DNA of 64,000 nt, from contig CM120641.1 of NCBI GenBank assembly GCA_051362555.1, positions 9,424,001 through 9,488,000 on the forward strand, read 5' to 3'. This DNA is from Lingula anatina. Lineage: Eukaryota; Animalia; Brachiopoda. The notes beneath the pieces were generated by a model that ran no database searches, had not been told where the DNA came from, and saw only the letters and a program-made list of their open reading frames with translations. The position numbers were made by a program, and so were the translations under genes. Shown here piece by piece: positions 49,867 to 62,615 of this stretch (position 1 is its first letter; each line of letters opens with the position of its first letter).

Positions 49867-52800
49867 CTTGCTCGCTGTATGAAATACTACTGCGTTGTAC
49901 ACTCCGTCCCACCTGCACTGTACATGGTGACGTTAAGCAATGACAACTGATGTGAACGCTTCTAGATCTCTGCAACGAAAAAATGAAAACCACTGTGAAC
50001 ATATCTAGTACAGGGTGGCACTGCTGACACATACTACATGACGTCGCTCACAAGAGTGGACTCTATACTCTGCTAACACGTGAACCTATGCCTGAGCAAA
50101 TGGATGGTAATTTCTTACTCAAATCAGTTAACATAGGAATTACAACCACCCCAGCCGTAGTTATTTCCTCGTCGTGACGGTATCAGTTACATTAAATGTC
50201 TAAGGTTTTCTATAACATACGTTAAACACTATAGTAACCGGTAAATATAAGCGCATTGAAGGCCAGTCCAAAGTTAAATACGGTCAACCATTGCCAGAGC
50301 TCAACAATAATAACGCTAAGCGTTTCAGCAATTTGACGTGTTTATCCGTGTGCGCTGAGGTGTGTTTGTTTAAAGTGCAAAATAAACCACCTGCAGTTTC
50401 GGAAATTGTTGTCTGGCTCATGGTCCCCGCGTTCTCTATTTCAGATGTCACCAGACCGCGGGGTAAAGGGCGGCATGCACGTGAAACTTGTTTTGTATTC
50501 AGTGCTGAGTATTGGCGTGCACCAAGCAGCAAAATTTCGGCTCGTGTTTATGGTGTAAACTCTAGATGGAGGTATTATCATAATGCAGAGGTATAACTGC
50601 AGACATGTGGGGGGGGGGGGGGCAAAAAAGACTTTGCATGATTACATTTAAGATATTCTCCCCAAATGATTTTCATTTTTTCCGCTCCTGCTATTCTACA
50701 AGCGTATTCTACTTCTCTGACGTAATCAGTGCCCTTGCCGACACCTCACTAGTCTTACTCAAATAGTTTTACGAGCTTATTTATAGAGAAGACATAACAG
50801 CACTGTATATACATTGGTGTAAAACGTAGGTGTTCATACGTGGCATGCAAGGCGTGACAAATGTAAGTCGCCCTTCAGACAGAAATAGTATTCACCGAAT
50901 CATTGCTTAAGAAATTGTAGATGGTGCAAATTTTCAATGTTAAATGTCATAATGGAGAGACGAATTTATTATTTTTGATTACATATCTTCTGCAGACATC
51001 CCTTAAACGATAAGTACTTCGGACACAACATCGCTACTTTTATAAGAAATAAACAAACGCATGTTTTTATTACACTGCAAACAAGGAAACCAGATCCAAA
51101 AAAAAACCAATTGTGCAATTGAGGCAATTATTCAAATATGTAAAAAAAACTAAATGTCTGGTAAGAAAATGTTGATGTATCTGGAAATCGTATCGGGTAT
51201 ATAAGAATAGCTGAAATCAAAAACAACGGGACGGTGTTATTAGAAACGATCATTGTAGGGGAAATGAAAATAATAATTCTCAAACGTCAATATGCAATCG
51301 TTCCTTTCAGACAATAATAAAAATAACTGTCTCGTGAATATTTCATAGAAAAAACATCATTTGGAAGGTCAATCCCTGTTTTACGTGATTTCGGTAAGAC
51401 TGCTTGGAGCAGACATTTGCGTCAGATAAAAGTTAAAAATAGAAAGGATTAACAATATTGATCCCAACTGGTAAAAGGACTCGTGATAAAATGCAACACG
51501 AACGTCACAAGCATATTATACACTGAAAGACAACAGTAATATCAGTAAAATGAATGCGCCCAATATGTTTCAAAGCAATCAGTAGCCATCAGTAAGTCTA
51601 TGAACTTATACAATGACAATGGATTTCTGAATATTGACGGTGTCTCTCTTCTCTGTTGGTAGATTTAAGAAGCAAACATTTTCTGCCTAATTCAATCACT
51701 ATAACGATGAGTATTAAATGCTGACGATGACTCTCTGCTCCATCAGTACATTGTAAGCCTAAACGTTGAGATTTATAGCATGAAAAGTTTTGTATCTCCA
51801 TCTCTAAGGTCTGACGAATGCGATTCTCAGTCAAATGGGTGTTTATACGCGATCGCCGTGTGTAGTTTTTTAATAAAATATCAAACAAATCATGAAATTA
51901 TGACTTGAATATTTTATAAAAAATGTTAACAAAGTTTTCTTTTTTCTTTGGCGTTATCACAACTACTTTGTTAATTGTATAAATTCGTATAGAATTTTTC
52001 ACAAAATTTATTTCAGTTTTAGTAACATTTTTGTCATGCATGGATGCAAAGACTGCCACCTCTATACATTTAAAAGTTCATATTAATTTTTGGCTGTTTT
52101 TGTGGTGTTTCTGTTGGCCCTGTTGCCACTTACCTGATAAACATTATATATATTTCAGCGTACAATCCAGTCCTGCCCATACACCGCTCGAAAAAGTGAT
52201 GGCCAACATAATTTACGCGGTTGTAAGATCCACGATTAATTTCCTTCATGATGTTTTCTCCACTTTGCTGTCTTTACAAAGAAATACATGCAAATCCATC
52301 AAGGCTCTTCGCCAATATTGCCTTCAGTTTAGAGGATTTAATGTGACAGAATCAATGGCAATGCTCCACGATATTCAATGCATTTGTGACTGCTCTTCTT
52401 TTTAAGTGCCTCTGTCAGTTACTGTACAATCGCCATTACATTTGACAAGAGTTCTGTATTATAACTAAGTTCAAGATTACATTGACATATCAGGTGTTTT
52501 CTTAGGGATTAACCGCTTCGAGGATCAAGTCACCGCTTAGCGTTAAGATTACCACAGGTATAGTCCTCTTAATACCGTCCAAGGACTCTAATCCCAACGC
52601 TTTTTGACACTTGCACGTTTTGGTCCTGTTGTTATGAATATAATGCAGGACCGTTTTACTACTTTAGAGTTCAATCATTTTAAAAGTATACTTACAGCGT
52701 GGTCATTACGTCCATAAAAATGCAAGGATGCGAATGGCGCTTTCACATCAGTTTCGCCCTAACTCCTTATCAACACGAACAATAAAGAAGTAATATTCAA

Positions 52801-55130
52801 CCCCAGTGACACTTACCAAGGCATCAAACTGAGTTATGACATATTAAAGCAGGCACTTACCCAAAATAAATGCCATATAATATAAAGCCTCGTCACGCTA
52901 TGCACTCGGACCACTGAAACTGAACGTGTCCAGCGACCACTGAAGCTTTCCCAGCGTTCAGTAGGAGCCCGAGACGGGGATATTATTTGGTTGTGTAAAT
53001 AACTATAACCACTATGGAGTGTCAACCTGGATATATTGATTTAGAATGTAATACACAAAACAATTGTGGAAATTTTAGAATGATCCCTTTGATGCATCCT
53101 TGTCTTGTTGTATTTCTCAATAAAGAAACGGTCCTGTCAAAAAATATATTATTAAATGATATTTCAAACTTACCGTGAGGCCAGCCGATGAAGTCCAAAC
53201 CCTAGGTTCTCCCGGTGTAAACTGACTTACAAACTCCCTTAACTCTCAACCACAAAAGATGATAAGCAATTAACGGAAAATGAGTTAGAATAACAGCCAA
53301 AAATCGACATATCTCACGGTAGACTCTTGTGTAATTGTTATTTCTGGCCATTAATGCTATTGTGTTCTATCGATTTGCTTTACGCTGTTGTGAGAAAAAG
53401 CACGAGATGCCACTGATATTTGGCAACGCTGTACAAAAAGACCGGATCATTTTAACCTTTATTATTGCTCAAATGAACTTCAACGTGTTGACGCATATTG
53501 AATGAGAGGTAATTATGCTTTTAAATCAATTATCAGACGCCGGGAAAACGAACGTTTTGCCCTCTGTGTTGATATTCTATACGAGGTGTGGTACGTTAAC
53601 AATGTTATCTTGAACAGGATGACGTCAACATTCTCCTTTCAGTATCGAAAAAGAACCGAAAATTGACAAATGACACAAAACAAGTTTTTAAATAAATGTA
53701 ACAACAACAAACACAACTCGTAGCAAAACCGTACCCATAACTCCAAAAAGAGGAGTATATGCCTTTGCCGGTATTTTATTTGACTGACAAAATATATTTT
53801 TTCACCTGTGTGCTTGTTAATGAGAGCACATAACCATCCAAACACGAAGTTGCTATAACTTTTCATTTGCTATGGCAGCTAATACTCAAGGCGTTATATA
53901 ATATATTTAAAAAGTACCTTATATTGGAAGAGAACAGTCTTGTAGAAAACAAAACACATCCCAGAAAGTAAAGAAAAAGTTAAAAGGCAAATTTTAGGGG
54001 GAATGATGCCACGTAGCTGCAAGGTCCCACCCGGAGGGGACGGGTCCAATTCAAATTCATTTTATTATATCATACTGTAATTATAACAACCATAATCCGT
54101 CTAACATTAAAAAATAAGCTTTGGTCCGCTTTACGTCAGCGTCCGCAGTAGTAGAATGAAATGGAGAATTGTGCCTGTTTCACGAAATAACTTAATGCCC
54201 TAGAATCGGGCTATACTTTTAAAACAAAGTTTTGGGGTATTTTTATTTTGACCTAGTATATATCAACGGTTTTACCGAAAGTACAAGAGCCATAAATACT
54301 ATTTGCCTGCTTAGAAAAGGAATAGAACAAGTTAAAAAGCTCAAAAAGAAAGTTGTCTTCCTCTGTAAATCCACAAAATATATTGTATACCCTGTGACAG
54401 TTCTAAGTATATTAGGGTCCGATGTCAGTTGTTTTCTATTCATCTGTATGCAACCTCAACTGACCTCCCCTGAAAGATTTCACTTTCTCAATGTTCAGAT
54501 ATGTTTCAAATATCAGCTACAAAATATGGCTTTGATTTTTTCACTGTGGTTATCTAATTCATTGGTTGTACAATCAGTTTTAGAAGTTGAATAAAGAACA
54601 TGACATGATTTCCGTATTGCTCTACGCATTTACCCTGAGTGTCAGAGCAACGTAAAAGCTAGCTTGTTAAATATATACCTTGTGATGGAGTCACTTTGTT
54701 GATATGGGTTATATATGAAATCAAGATCGAACTGGCAATACCGGAATCTAGAACCTAGGGTATACGCATTGCGTTAGAGGTGACAACTCTTTTTGCTCGG
54801 GGAATATACAAGTTTTCAAACACATCCACGTGGCATTTAGACTAACCAGTTTCTAAACCACCAAACATTTGACAATGAAAGCTAATCGTTTTCATAGCAA
54901 ACAAAACACACTGCATGAAAACCACCAGTCTGTAAGTAATATATACGCTATTAATCAAAGAGGTGTATGCCATACACAAATACACCTTGCAGACAAGTCT
55001 TTGGTGTTATTCATTGTTTTTCTCTCATGAAAAGGTGTTGTCTAATATGTCGCAAAGCTATAATACCTACATATATAAAATAAATAAGTAAATAAATAAA
55101 GTTATTAAACTTGATCTTAAAATCATCTTT

Positions 55131-56030
55131 AACTAGATTGGTCACTTAGGAAACGCGTCCCCCACTATTTCTGACATCAGCAAGTACGGTAAGGTAAAAT
55201 CAGCAGTGCCTCGGTTCAGTGGTACAAATGCATACCGTTCTCTCCCTTCAAAATGTGTCCTTAAACTTACATGTTCGTGTCAACTAAAAAGTTTCCGTGA
55301 ACTGTCGCCCTCTGTTACCACAAAAAAGAGATACAACAATCTAAAGCCAAAAAACCTTTTCTGGTTTTCTATCCCGTTTTCTATCGTAAAAATGTGTCTT
55401 TGGCTCATCCTTTACATTTGCAGAGCTAAGTGAAACAAAAATGTGATCCTCCTCCCCTATATATACTAAGCACACACCCATGGACAGCCATAAACGGCAC
55501 TCTAAAATTCCAAAGTGCCCGTGCAAATCTCTGATGATAGGTCTATCAGTCCTCAAGGTTTCAACTTCCCCACTCTGATGGTCTAAGAGAAGATACCAAA
55601 ACTTTCAATGAGAAATACGTGCACTCCAAGCGACAGCCCAACCTCCAAAAGGCCCATGCATATCCCTGATGATAGCTCTACCAGTACCGAAAGCTTAAAC
55701 TTCCTAATGGTAATGGTCTAGAAGGAAATAGCATAAATTACAATGTGAAGAAATAGAATACCCCACCCCCCTTTTCAGGGACAGCCAAATCCCTAGGTAC
55801 ACTGAAATTCCAAAGTGGCCATTCACATACACTGTAGTTGTTTCAATACCAAAATTTTCAACATCCTCACTCTAATGGTCTAGGAGAAGATATCAAAAAT
55901 TAGAATGCGAACCGGTTGCATTTATATACCAAAAGGTCCTTTCATATCTCTGATGATAGGTCTATCTGCATCGAAAGCTTCATCTCCCTTACTCTTATGG
56001 TCTAGGAGGTGATAGGATAAATTACAACAT
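55131..56030. repeat. Degenerate internally repetitive element (Helentron-associated tandem repeat-like)
   Basis: Starts aactag; recurrent ctgatgataggtcta, actctaatggtctaggagaagat and aaattccaaagtg blocks at ~55530-55600, 55665-55730, 55870-55900, 55950-56020. Confidence 0.55.
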
Positions 56031-56087
56031 GGAAAATTAGAAAAATGAAGCGCCATCTTGTCTTCGTTGATGATTTTTTCTAACATA

Positions 56088-56979
56088 CACTGAACAAAAA
56101 TGTAAACGCACGAAACTAAAATGGTCAGTTGAAATGGATAATCATGAAATATGCCCAGGTTGATGGTTTATTTGTGAATTGATGGATTTGTATTGATCAA
56201 GTATAGCGGGTTGGTTTCACTTGGCCGCTCCCCGTGAAAATACTTAAAAGGTTCGTTTTTTTTCACCCATAAGACTAATGGAGCATGACGGAGTGGAGGT
56301 CAATCTGCATGACCAATACACAGACACTACTTACAGTCTAGGCAATAAAAGGGCACACCAAAATGTGCAATTCTGTCACTTGTCAACATGCCACAGATGT
56401 CTGAAATCATGAGATAGCGTGCAATCAGCATGCTCACTGTTGGCTTGTTGGTAACAGAAGTTGCAGCATGCCTGAATGTGCATTACTCCACTGTCAGCCG
56501 TCTGAGAACACGCTTCAGAGACACTGATAGCACTAGGAACCGCCCACATACCCGCCGGCCATGTGTTACCACACCAGATATGTCGCCCATCCAACACTTG
56601 TGGGATGTTCTGGATCAGCGTTTTTGCCACCATGTTCCAGCTCCCGATGTGCTGGTAGCACTCTAGGAGGAATAGGATAATATCCCTCAGGCCACTATTG
56701 ACAACTTAATGATGCCCATGCTCTGCCGGTGTACTGCTCTGTGCGAAGTTACTAATGGTGGCCATACATGTTATTAGTGTCTGTGAACTCAGGATGTTGA
56801 CCCCCATGGTGTAGTTGATGCCCTAACTCTTGGACTATGCATTTAAACTTCCTGTAATGCTCTCAAAGTGATGTCTATTTGTTGAGGAAAACGTGCTGTT
56901 AATGTTGGCCATATATTCAAGTTCCATACATGAAAATAAATCAACATATTCTTTCGTGCGTTTATATTTATGTTCAGTA
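56088..56979 (+). mobile_element. Internally deleted Tc1/mariner-family DNA transposon
   Basis: TA-cactgaacaaaaatgtaaacgcacgaaa ... tttcgtgcgtttatatttatgttcagta-TA. Remnant ORF has the Tc1 HTH (RAISML..G..VTEVA..LNVHYSTVSRLRTRFRDT.ST..RP..RP.VTT) fused directly to C-terminal PDMSPIQHLWDVL; premature stops. Confidence 0.9.
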
Positions 56980-58124
56980 TACATGTTAAATAAAATGAAT
57001 AAAGAACCCTTGAAAATGTTTGTTCACGTCGCCATGACGGTTTCCATTTTAGAGCTAATAAAATTTGTTCCTCAAATCTCCAGTCAAATATTATTTTTTT
57101 TAGCGTTGTGACGATCTGACGCAAGCAACTTCATTATTATATAAAAGGACAGGCGTCTTGATTTTTTTTTTCATTTTTAGAGACGGCTCAGGTTCGTTGA
57201 TTCTTTCATTCGGTTGGTAATCGTGACATTTTAGCTCTTTTACACACAATGGACTTAAAATAATATGGGTAGCTTTTTTCGTCCTAAATCTTTACACACG
57301 TTTTGATACCCCCGATTCTAAATTTTGTGTGCGTCAGTAGGCTTACTTAATGCACACAGCTGTATAAAACTTATTGGGTGTATTTATAGAGGCCTACCTA
57401 AAATGATTGAAATGCAGTTCTACCTCTCACCTGACTGTCCCAATTTAAGTTAATATTAAATGTTAGCCATTTAAATGCATTTTGTAAACAAAAAAATGTT
57501 TGCACAATCAGCTTTGTTGGTTCAACTGTCGTTGCTTACACTTGGTGCGTGCTGCTCATAAAAACATGAACATAGGCCTATTTGAAACTAGCTAATGAAT
57601 TGTTTTTTTTATGTTACTCATCAAGCTCTTTTTCTATATATTACAAAGAAACAGGGATGCATCTCTTGCCTGAAATTTCAAAATTATTTTCACAAAATCA
57701 TACCTTTGTGAGAATTTGCTAGGTGGTCTTTGTTGCACGGGATTCAGAAATTGATAGCCGGTAGACCACGTTCAGTATTCCTCGATTTTGGCTTTAATCA
57801 GTATTTTTTTTCATCTATCTATTTTTTGAGTGTATGCGTTTGTCTATTTGTCCAACTGTTTTTCAGACGAGAAGCACATGATCTACACTACTCCGGATCC
57901 TACGTTAGTTTGAATTCATTTGGTTCATACAAGTTGTTGCTTGATGATTTATTCAAATTCTTTTGTGCTTTTTCATTTCATAAAGTGAATAAGAGGACCT
58001 TAAGCTCTCACAATTTAACCACAACCAACATGAGGTGCTTTGACCAGTAATAGGCCATTGCCATTATGCTAATGATGCTGGTCTCTACGCATGAAGCAAC
58101 ATCGTGTTAAACAGAAAGTGCGCT

Positions 58125-58180
58125 GTGATTGGATGGACAAGGATTGGCCCACGAGTTGATCGTGTGTCAGGCATTGGGTA
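58125..58180 (+). promoter_or_regulatory. Candidate promoter with reverse CCAAT (NF-Y-like) boxes upstream of the FN3 gene
   Basis: tgattggat, ggattggcc and cattggg clustered ~470-520 bp upstream of ATG 58644. Confidence 0.35.
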
Positions 58181-58643
58181 GTAGTTGACAGTTTATATTT
58201 AACATACACAAGAAGCGTGGCTGACATACGTAATGCAAAATACCTAAGGGAAAAGGCATCGGAATTAAGTACAATGGTGGAAATTAGAAGCTGTATGGTT
58301 TATAGTTTATTTGAGTAAACCTTCAGTTGGATTTGTGACAAATGGAACGCATCTTCTGGAAACACATCTTTAAGAAATAGAAGTACTAGTAGTAGCCTGT
58401 TGGATATATTTAGTGAGACTAATCCAACATCTGGTGAATTGTTGATTTTATTAAAGTTATAGGCCTACTTATTTTTTTCTGATTTCACGTTAGAAATGGA
58501 GTTCATTATATCGACATTAAAGTGTTAGTAGGCCTACGAGTATGTACATGTACTGTCCATCGGGAACAGCAGTGTGGATCATGTATTACAACAGTATACT
58601 TTATCTTACAACACTGACGACATTTTACGGGTGATATACGACA

Positions 58644-61600
58644 ATGTTACAGCACTTTCTCTTTAGAGCAGCACTTTGCGCTCTGTTGACAGCATGCATT
58701 GCGGTAACAGTCACTCCAAGTAGGCCACAAGCAGGTTCAGGAGGGGGTCTACAGGGTGGAGGAGAACCCCAAGGACACTCACCATCAATCTCTTTACCAA
58801 TACCCATCAAGTGTAAGGCACAGTGCATTGCTGACTGTTTGCAACAGGTGAGGAATTACTGAATGTGTGCATGTATTTGTATGTGTGTGTGTATGAGTTA
58901 CGGTTTGCGTGTGCATGCATGTGTGCCAACATAACGTGAAATTCATATTATTAATATAAGCTACATGTAATATTTATACCCCATGTGCTGAGTATGTATC
59001 TTAATTTACTTAAGAAGTAGTGGCTCTTCAAACGGAAATTCTGACAAAAATAGAGGTCAAATTTTCATCTGTTTCTAATAAAACTTTGGATAATTTTTCT
59101 TCCATGCTGTTAAGATGTACCAACATGAATAAGTAACATGTGGATGTCTAATATTATTTTGACTTTAATGTTTTTTCTTTGTTTTGTGCCATTTTGCAGC
59201 AAACAGACACAGTCAATAGATCATTTGTAAGTATGTGTCAATATTGATATCGTATTTGTAAAGTACAAGATTATGTATTGTTACAATGTACGTAATATTA
59301 TATGTCATGATAATGTATTATTGGAACACACAGTATTTACATGTAGGGTTTACCATTGCTTGAATGTGAAGTTGAAAACAACATGTAGTTTTAATTGTGT
59401 CATTTGCCAGGGATACCAGCAGATGACATAGCGATAAACTGTTATCATCAATTCGTTTTGCTAAGTGAGGTTAAGGTCTACTTAGCCATGTGGCACACAA
59501 GCCTGGTTTTCCCACAGATTCAACCCACTGATACAGAAACTAGCCCTAAGATGTGTTTATCTAATTTGTACACATTATTTTCCTACCTGAAATACAGCCT
59601 TAATAAAATTTTTATCTCCACTAGGCAAAAATGAAATAAATAAAATATAGATGTTTTTGTGAAGTTGTTAGAAAAAACGACTGATATATTTGAGAAAATA
59701 TTGATTGACTGCTGCCTCCTTTCATTGTATCTGCATATCAAAATCTCTGAGCCCACTTTATATTTTTGGAAATTTGTTGGCTGAAATTCAGTGCAGAGTT
59801 TGAACAGAGCATTTGAATCAACAGCTTAGTCAAAATCAAGGTAGGGAGATATAATACCCTTTGTGAGGTAGGCTACTTTTTACTTATACACACGAGTTGT
59901 TGTCAAGTTTACAAGTGAGGGGAAATGTTTGAACACCTGCCTCTGTGAAAATCGGTCACCTCTCTGGAGACCAAGTGCAAACAAAACCAAAAGCATATTG
60001 ATATTGTTGGGAGCCAGGGCCCATCCTGTTATAGTGTTAGTGCCAATTACCCAAGTTAGTACATGTACTATTTAGTGAAAAGAAAACATTCAAATTTAAA
60101 TTTTTTAATAAATGTATTTACCCTCCCTCTCCTTCAGTAATTTTGAGTGTTGTTATGATTTGGTCAGATTAGATTGAAGAAAAGAAGCCTTCTGTAATGG
60201 ATATGTACATTTGTAGATAATGCACATATTACCAAGTGTGTCAGAGTCTCAGAGATGATCATGTGTGCTGCATTGCTTGTGAATTGTCAGAATTGTAATT
60301 TGTTCTTTATTTGTTGTCTCATCCAGGCAAATTGCGGTGCAACTTGTACTAGGATTTTGTCAAATCAAACAAGAGAAGAAGACTGTGTGAGTTGCTATTG
60401 GAAATATTTTCCTTGTAAATTCTTCTTGCTCTGTCTTTAGTATGAATTTAGACATACTACTGTCTCACTTCCAATAATGTTCCTGCCTTTACATTATATT
60501 ACAAAAGTTTTTTTTTTTTTTTACATACATTGTTTTCTTTCAGTCTGGGTCATTCTGTGAACAAATCCAGCACTGCTTGGTTCAGGAGGTTGTAGGTAAG
60601 TTTTTTTTCTCTCTTTTTTTTTACAAAATGATGCCTGAAGTGGTAGTTGCATTCAAAATAACAATATATGTAGATTTTTTTGCATGTAAATGTAAATCAA
60701 ATTATGAGTGCTAATAAAATTTTGATATTGATATGATTCTAAAAATTAATATGGAAATTCAATATTTGATGAGTGCAAAAAAAAAAAAATAAATAAATAA
60801 ATATAAGCATGTTCTTTTTTTATGAATTTCTGCATAGGTATCATTCCTTCCACTGCTTTAAAACCAGAAGTCACAAGTCTTACACCATACAATCAGCTTG
60901 TACGGTGGAATGATGCTAATGAAAATTTGGGCATATTCATTGTTGGCTTCAAGTATGGCACTATAGAAAAACATTATATAACTGACCAGGTAAGTCTTGC
61001 GAATGCTGGGTCTTAATTTTTATCTCAATGAAAAATGAGAAAAATAGGTTAAAATAGATTCCAAAGCACACACAAAGAAAATCATCAAAATATAATCTGT
61101 ACATTTTTTCAAAAATAATGTTGAAAGAACAGTTTTGGATTTTTCAAATAAAAATCAGACAGTTATCTGCTCATGATGTTCATCTTGTGAGTTTTAACTA
61201 CATTATGTACTTTAACAACATTCAGATATGATTTTTTTTACAAAAGAAACAATATTATGCTAAATAATTTTTCCCTTACTATTACACAGGAGAAAATGAT
61301 TACTGAAATCATACCTTGAATAGTCCTTATTGGTTAATGTTTTTTCTTGGTGAATGTTTGGTTGTAGAAAATTTTATTAAAATTTTTGTTGTAAAAAATT
61401 GGCCAGTATTTGTGTTGCTGGAAAATTCTTGAATTTTTTTTAAAATTTTGAATTTACAGATGGAATATATTGTGAAGTTGAATGAGTTATTGCTCTGCCA
61501 ACAATATTCTGTGCGCATCTTCGCTGTGACTGGATTTGAGAGGATCACTGCAAGTCAGCCTACCATTTTCAGCAGTTCGTACTCATTATTTATTTGTTAA

Positions 61601-62559
61601 AAATATACATTTAATAAAAAGATATTGTTTAATGCCATTATTCTTGCTGATAAATTTATTTCTTGCATGTAAGAGTAAAAAATGTTTAAGTAGAAAAGAA
61701 AGTAACCCTTTTTCTGTAACACAATCAATCGGGTCTAAGACTGCATTCCCACAGATTTTTAGATCGATCTATCCCTGTGGGGAGTCTCACTACATTGCTG
61801 TCAGCTTAGCTGGCTTAAATGTCTGTCCCGCCTACTAAAAACTGTAAGGGGGTAATTATCTTTCGTGCATGCTCGGCTGATAGCAATTTAGCATGAACCC
61901 CCAGGGAGTTAAGTCGATCCAGATGGATCGATCTAAATCTGTGGGAAGCCAGTCTAAATGTCATACATTTTATTCTTCTTCTTCTTACATTTTACAAACC
62001 ATTGAGTTCATTATCCATGCAGGTTCTAATAGATCAAGATCTTACGCTTGCTTTCATTATATGTACCAGTTTGTGTACAATATTTACCAAAAAATATGGT
62101 GATATGCATATACATGTATACCTCTCTAACAAGATAGTTTGGAACTTTTATACTCAAGTTATATTCACTTAGACAAACCCATACCTGGGACAGTTGGTAA
62201 CCTAACTATTGGACCATTAGAGAGGAGATCTGACCAGTATGTTTATGGGTTCTTTCAGTGGATGCCACCAGAGGGTAAGTAGTGCAGCATCTTATTTGAT
62301 ATGCTTAGTGGATGAAACTTATTGAAATATTATTTTCTCTCCATTCTTCAGTGGTTCAGTGATATTAGGCTTATTTGTTTGCTTCCATAAATCCTGGATT
62401 TTATTATAAAAGTTTTACAGTCTTTTTACAAGCCTACTTTTGAGTTTCATGTGTAAAATTCTTTGCTTTAATGTTCATAAAGATGTAAGCAGAATGTAAT
62501 AATGCTTAACAAAGTCAGCAGGTGGATCCAGACTTTTTTGACAGGCTTCTAAATCATGG

Positions 62560-62615
<56 letters not shown>

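Noticed and set aside
50284-55556. Short ORFs in the PDZ-FN3 intergenic region
   Set aside because: No recognisable domains or consistent exon chain. Minus-strand donors near 52815 and 53172 may mark non-coding 5' exons but cannot be supported from sequence alone.
55666-55695. Hammerhead ribozyme-like CTGATGA...GAAA in the repeated block (also ~55950)
   Set aside because: The sequence between the core motifs cannot form stem II, and no stems I/III are apparent.
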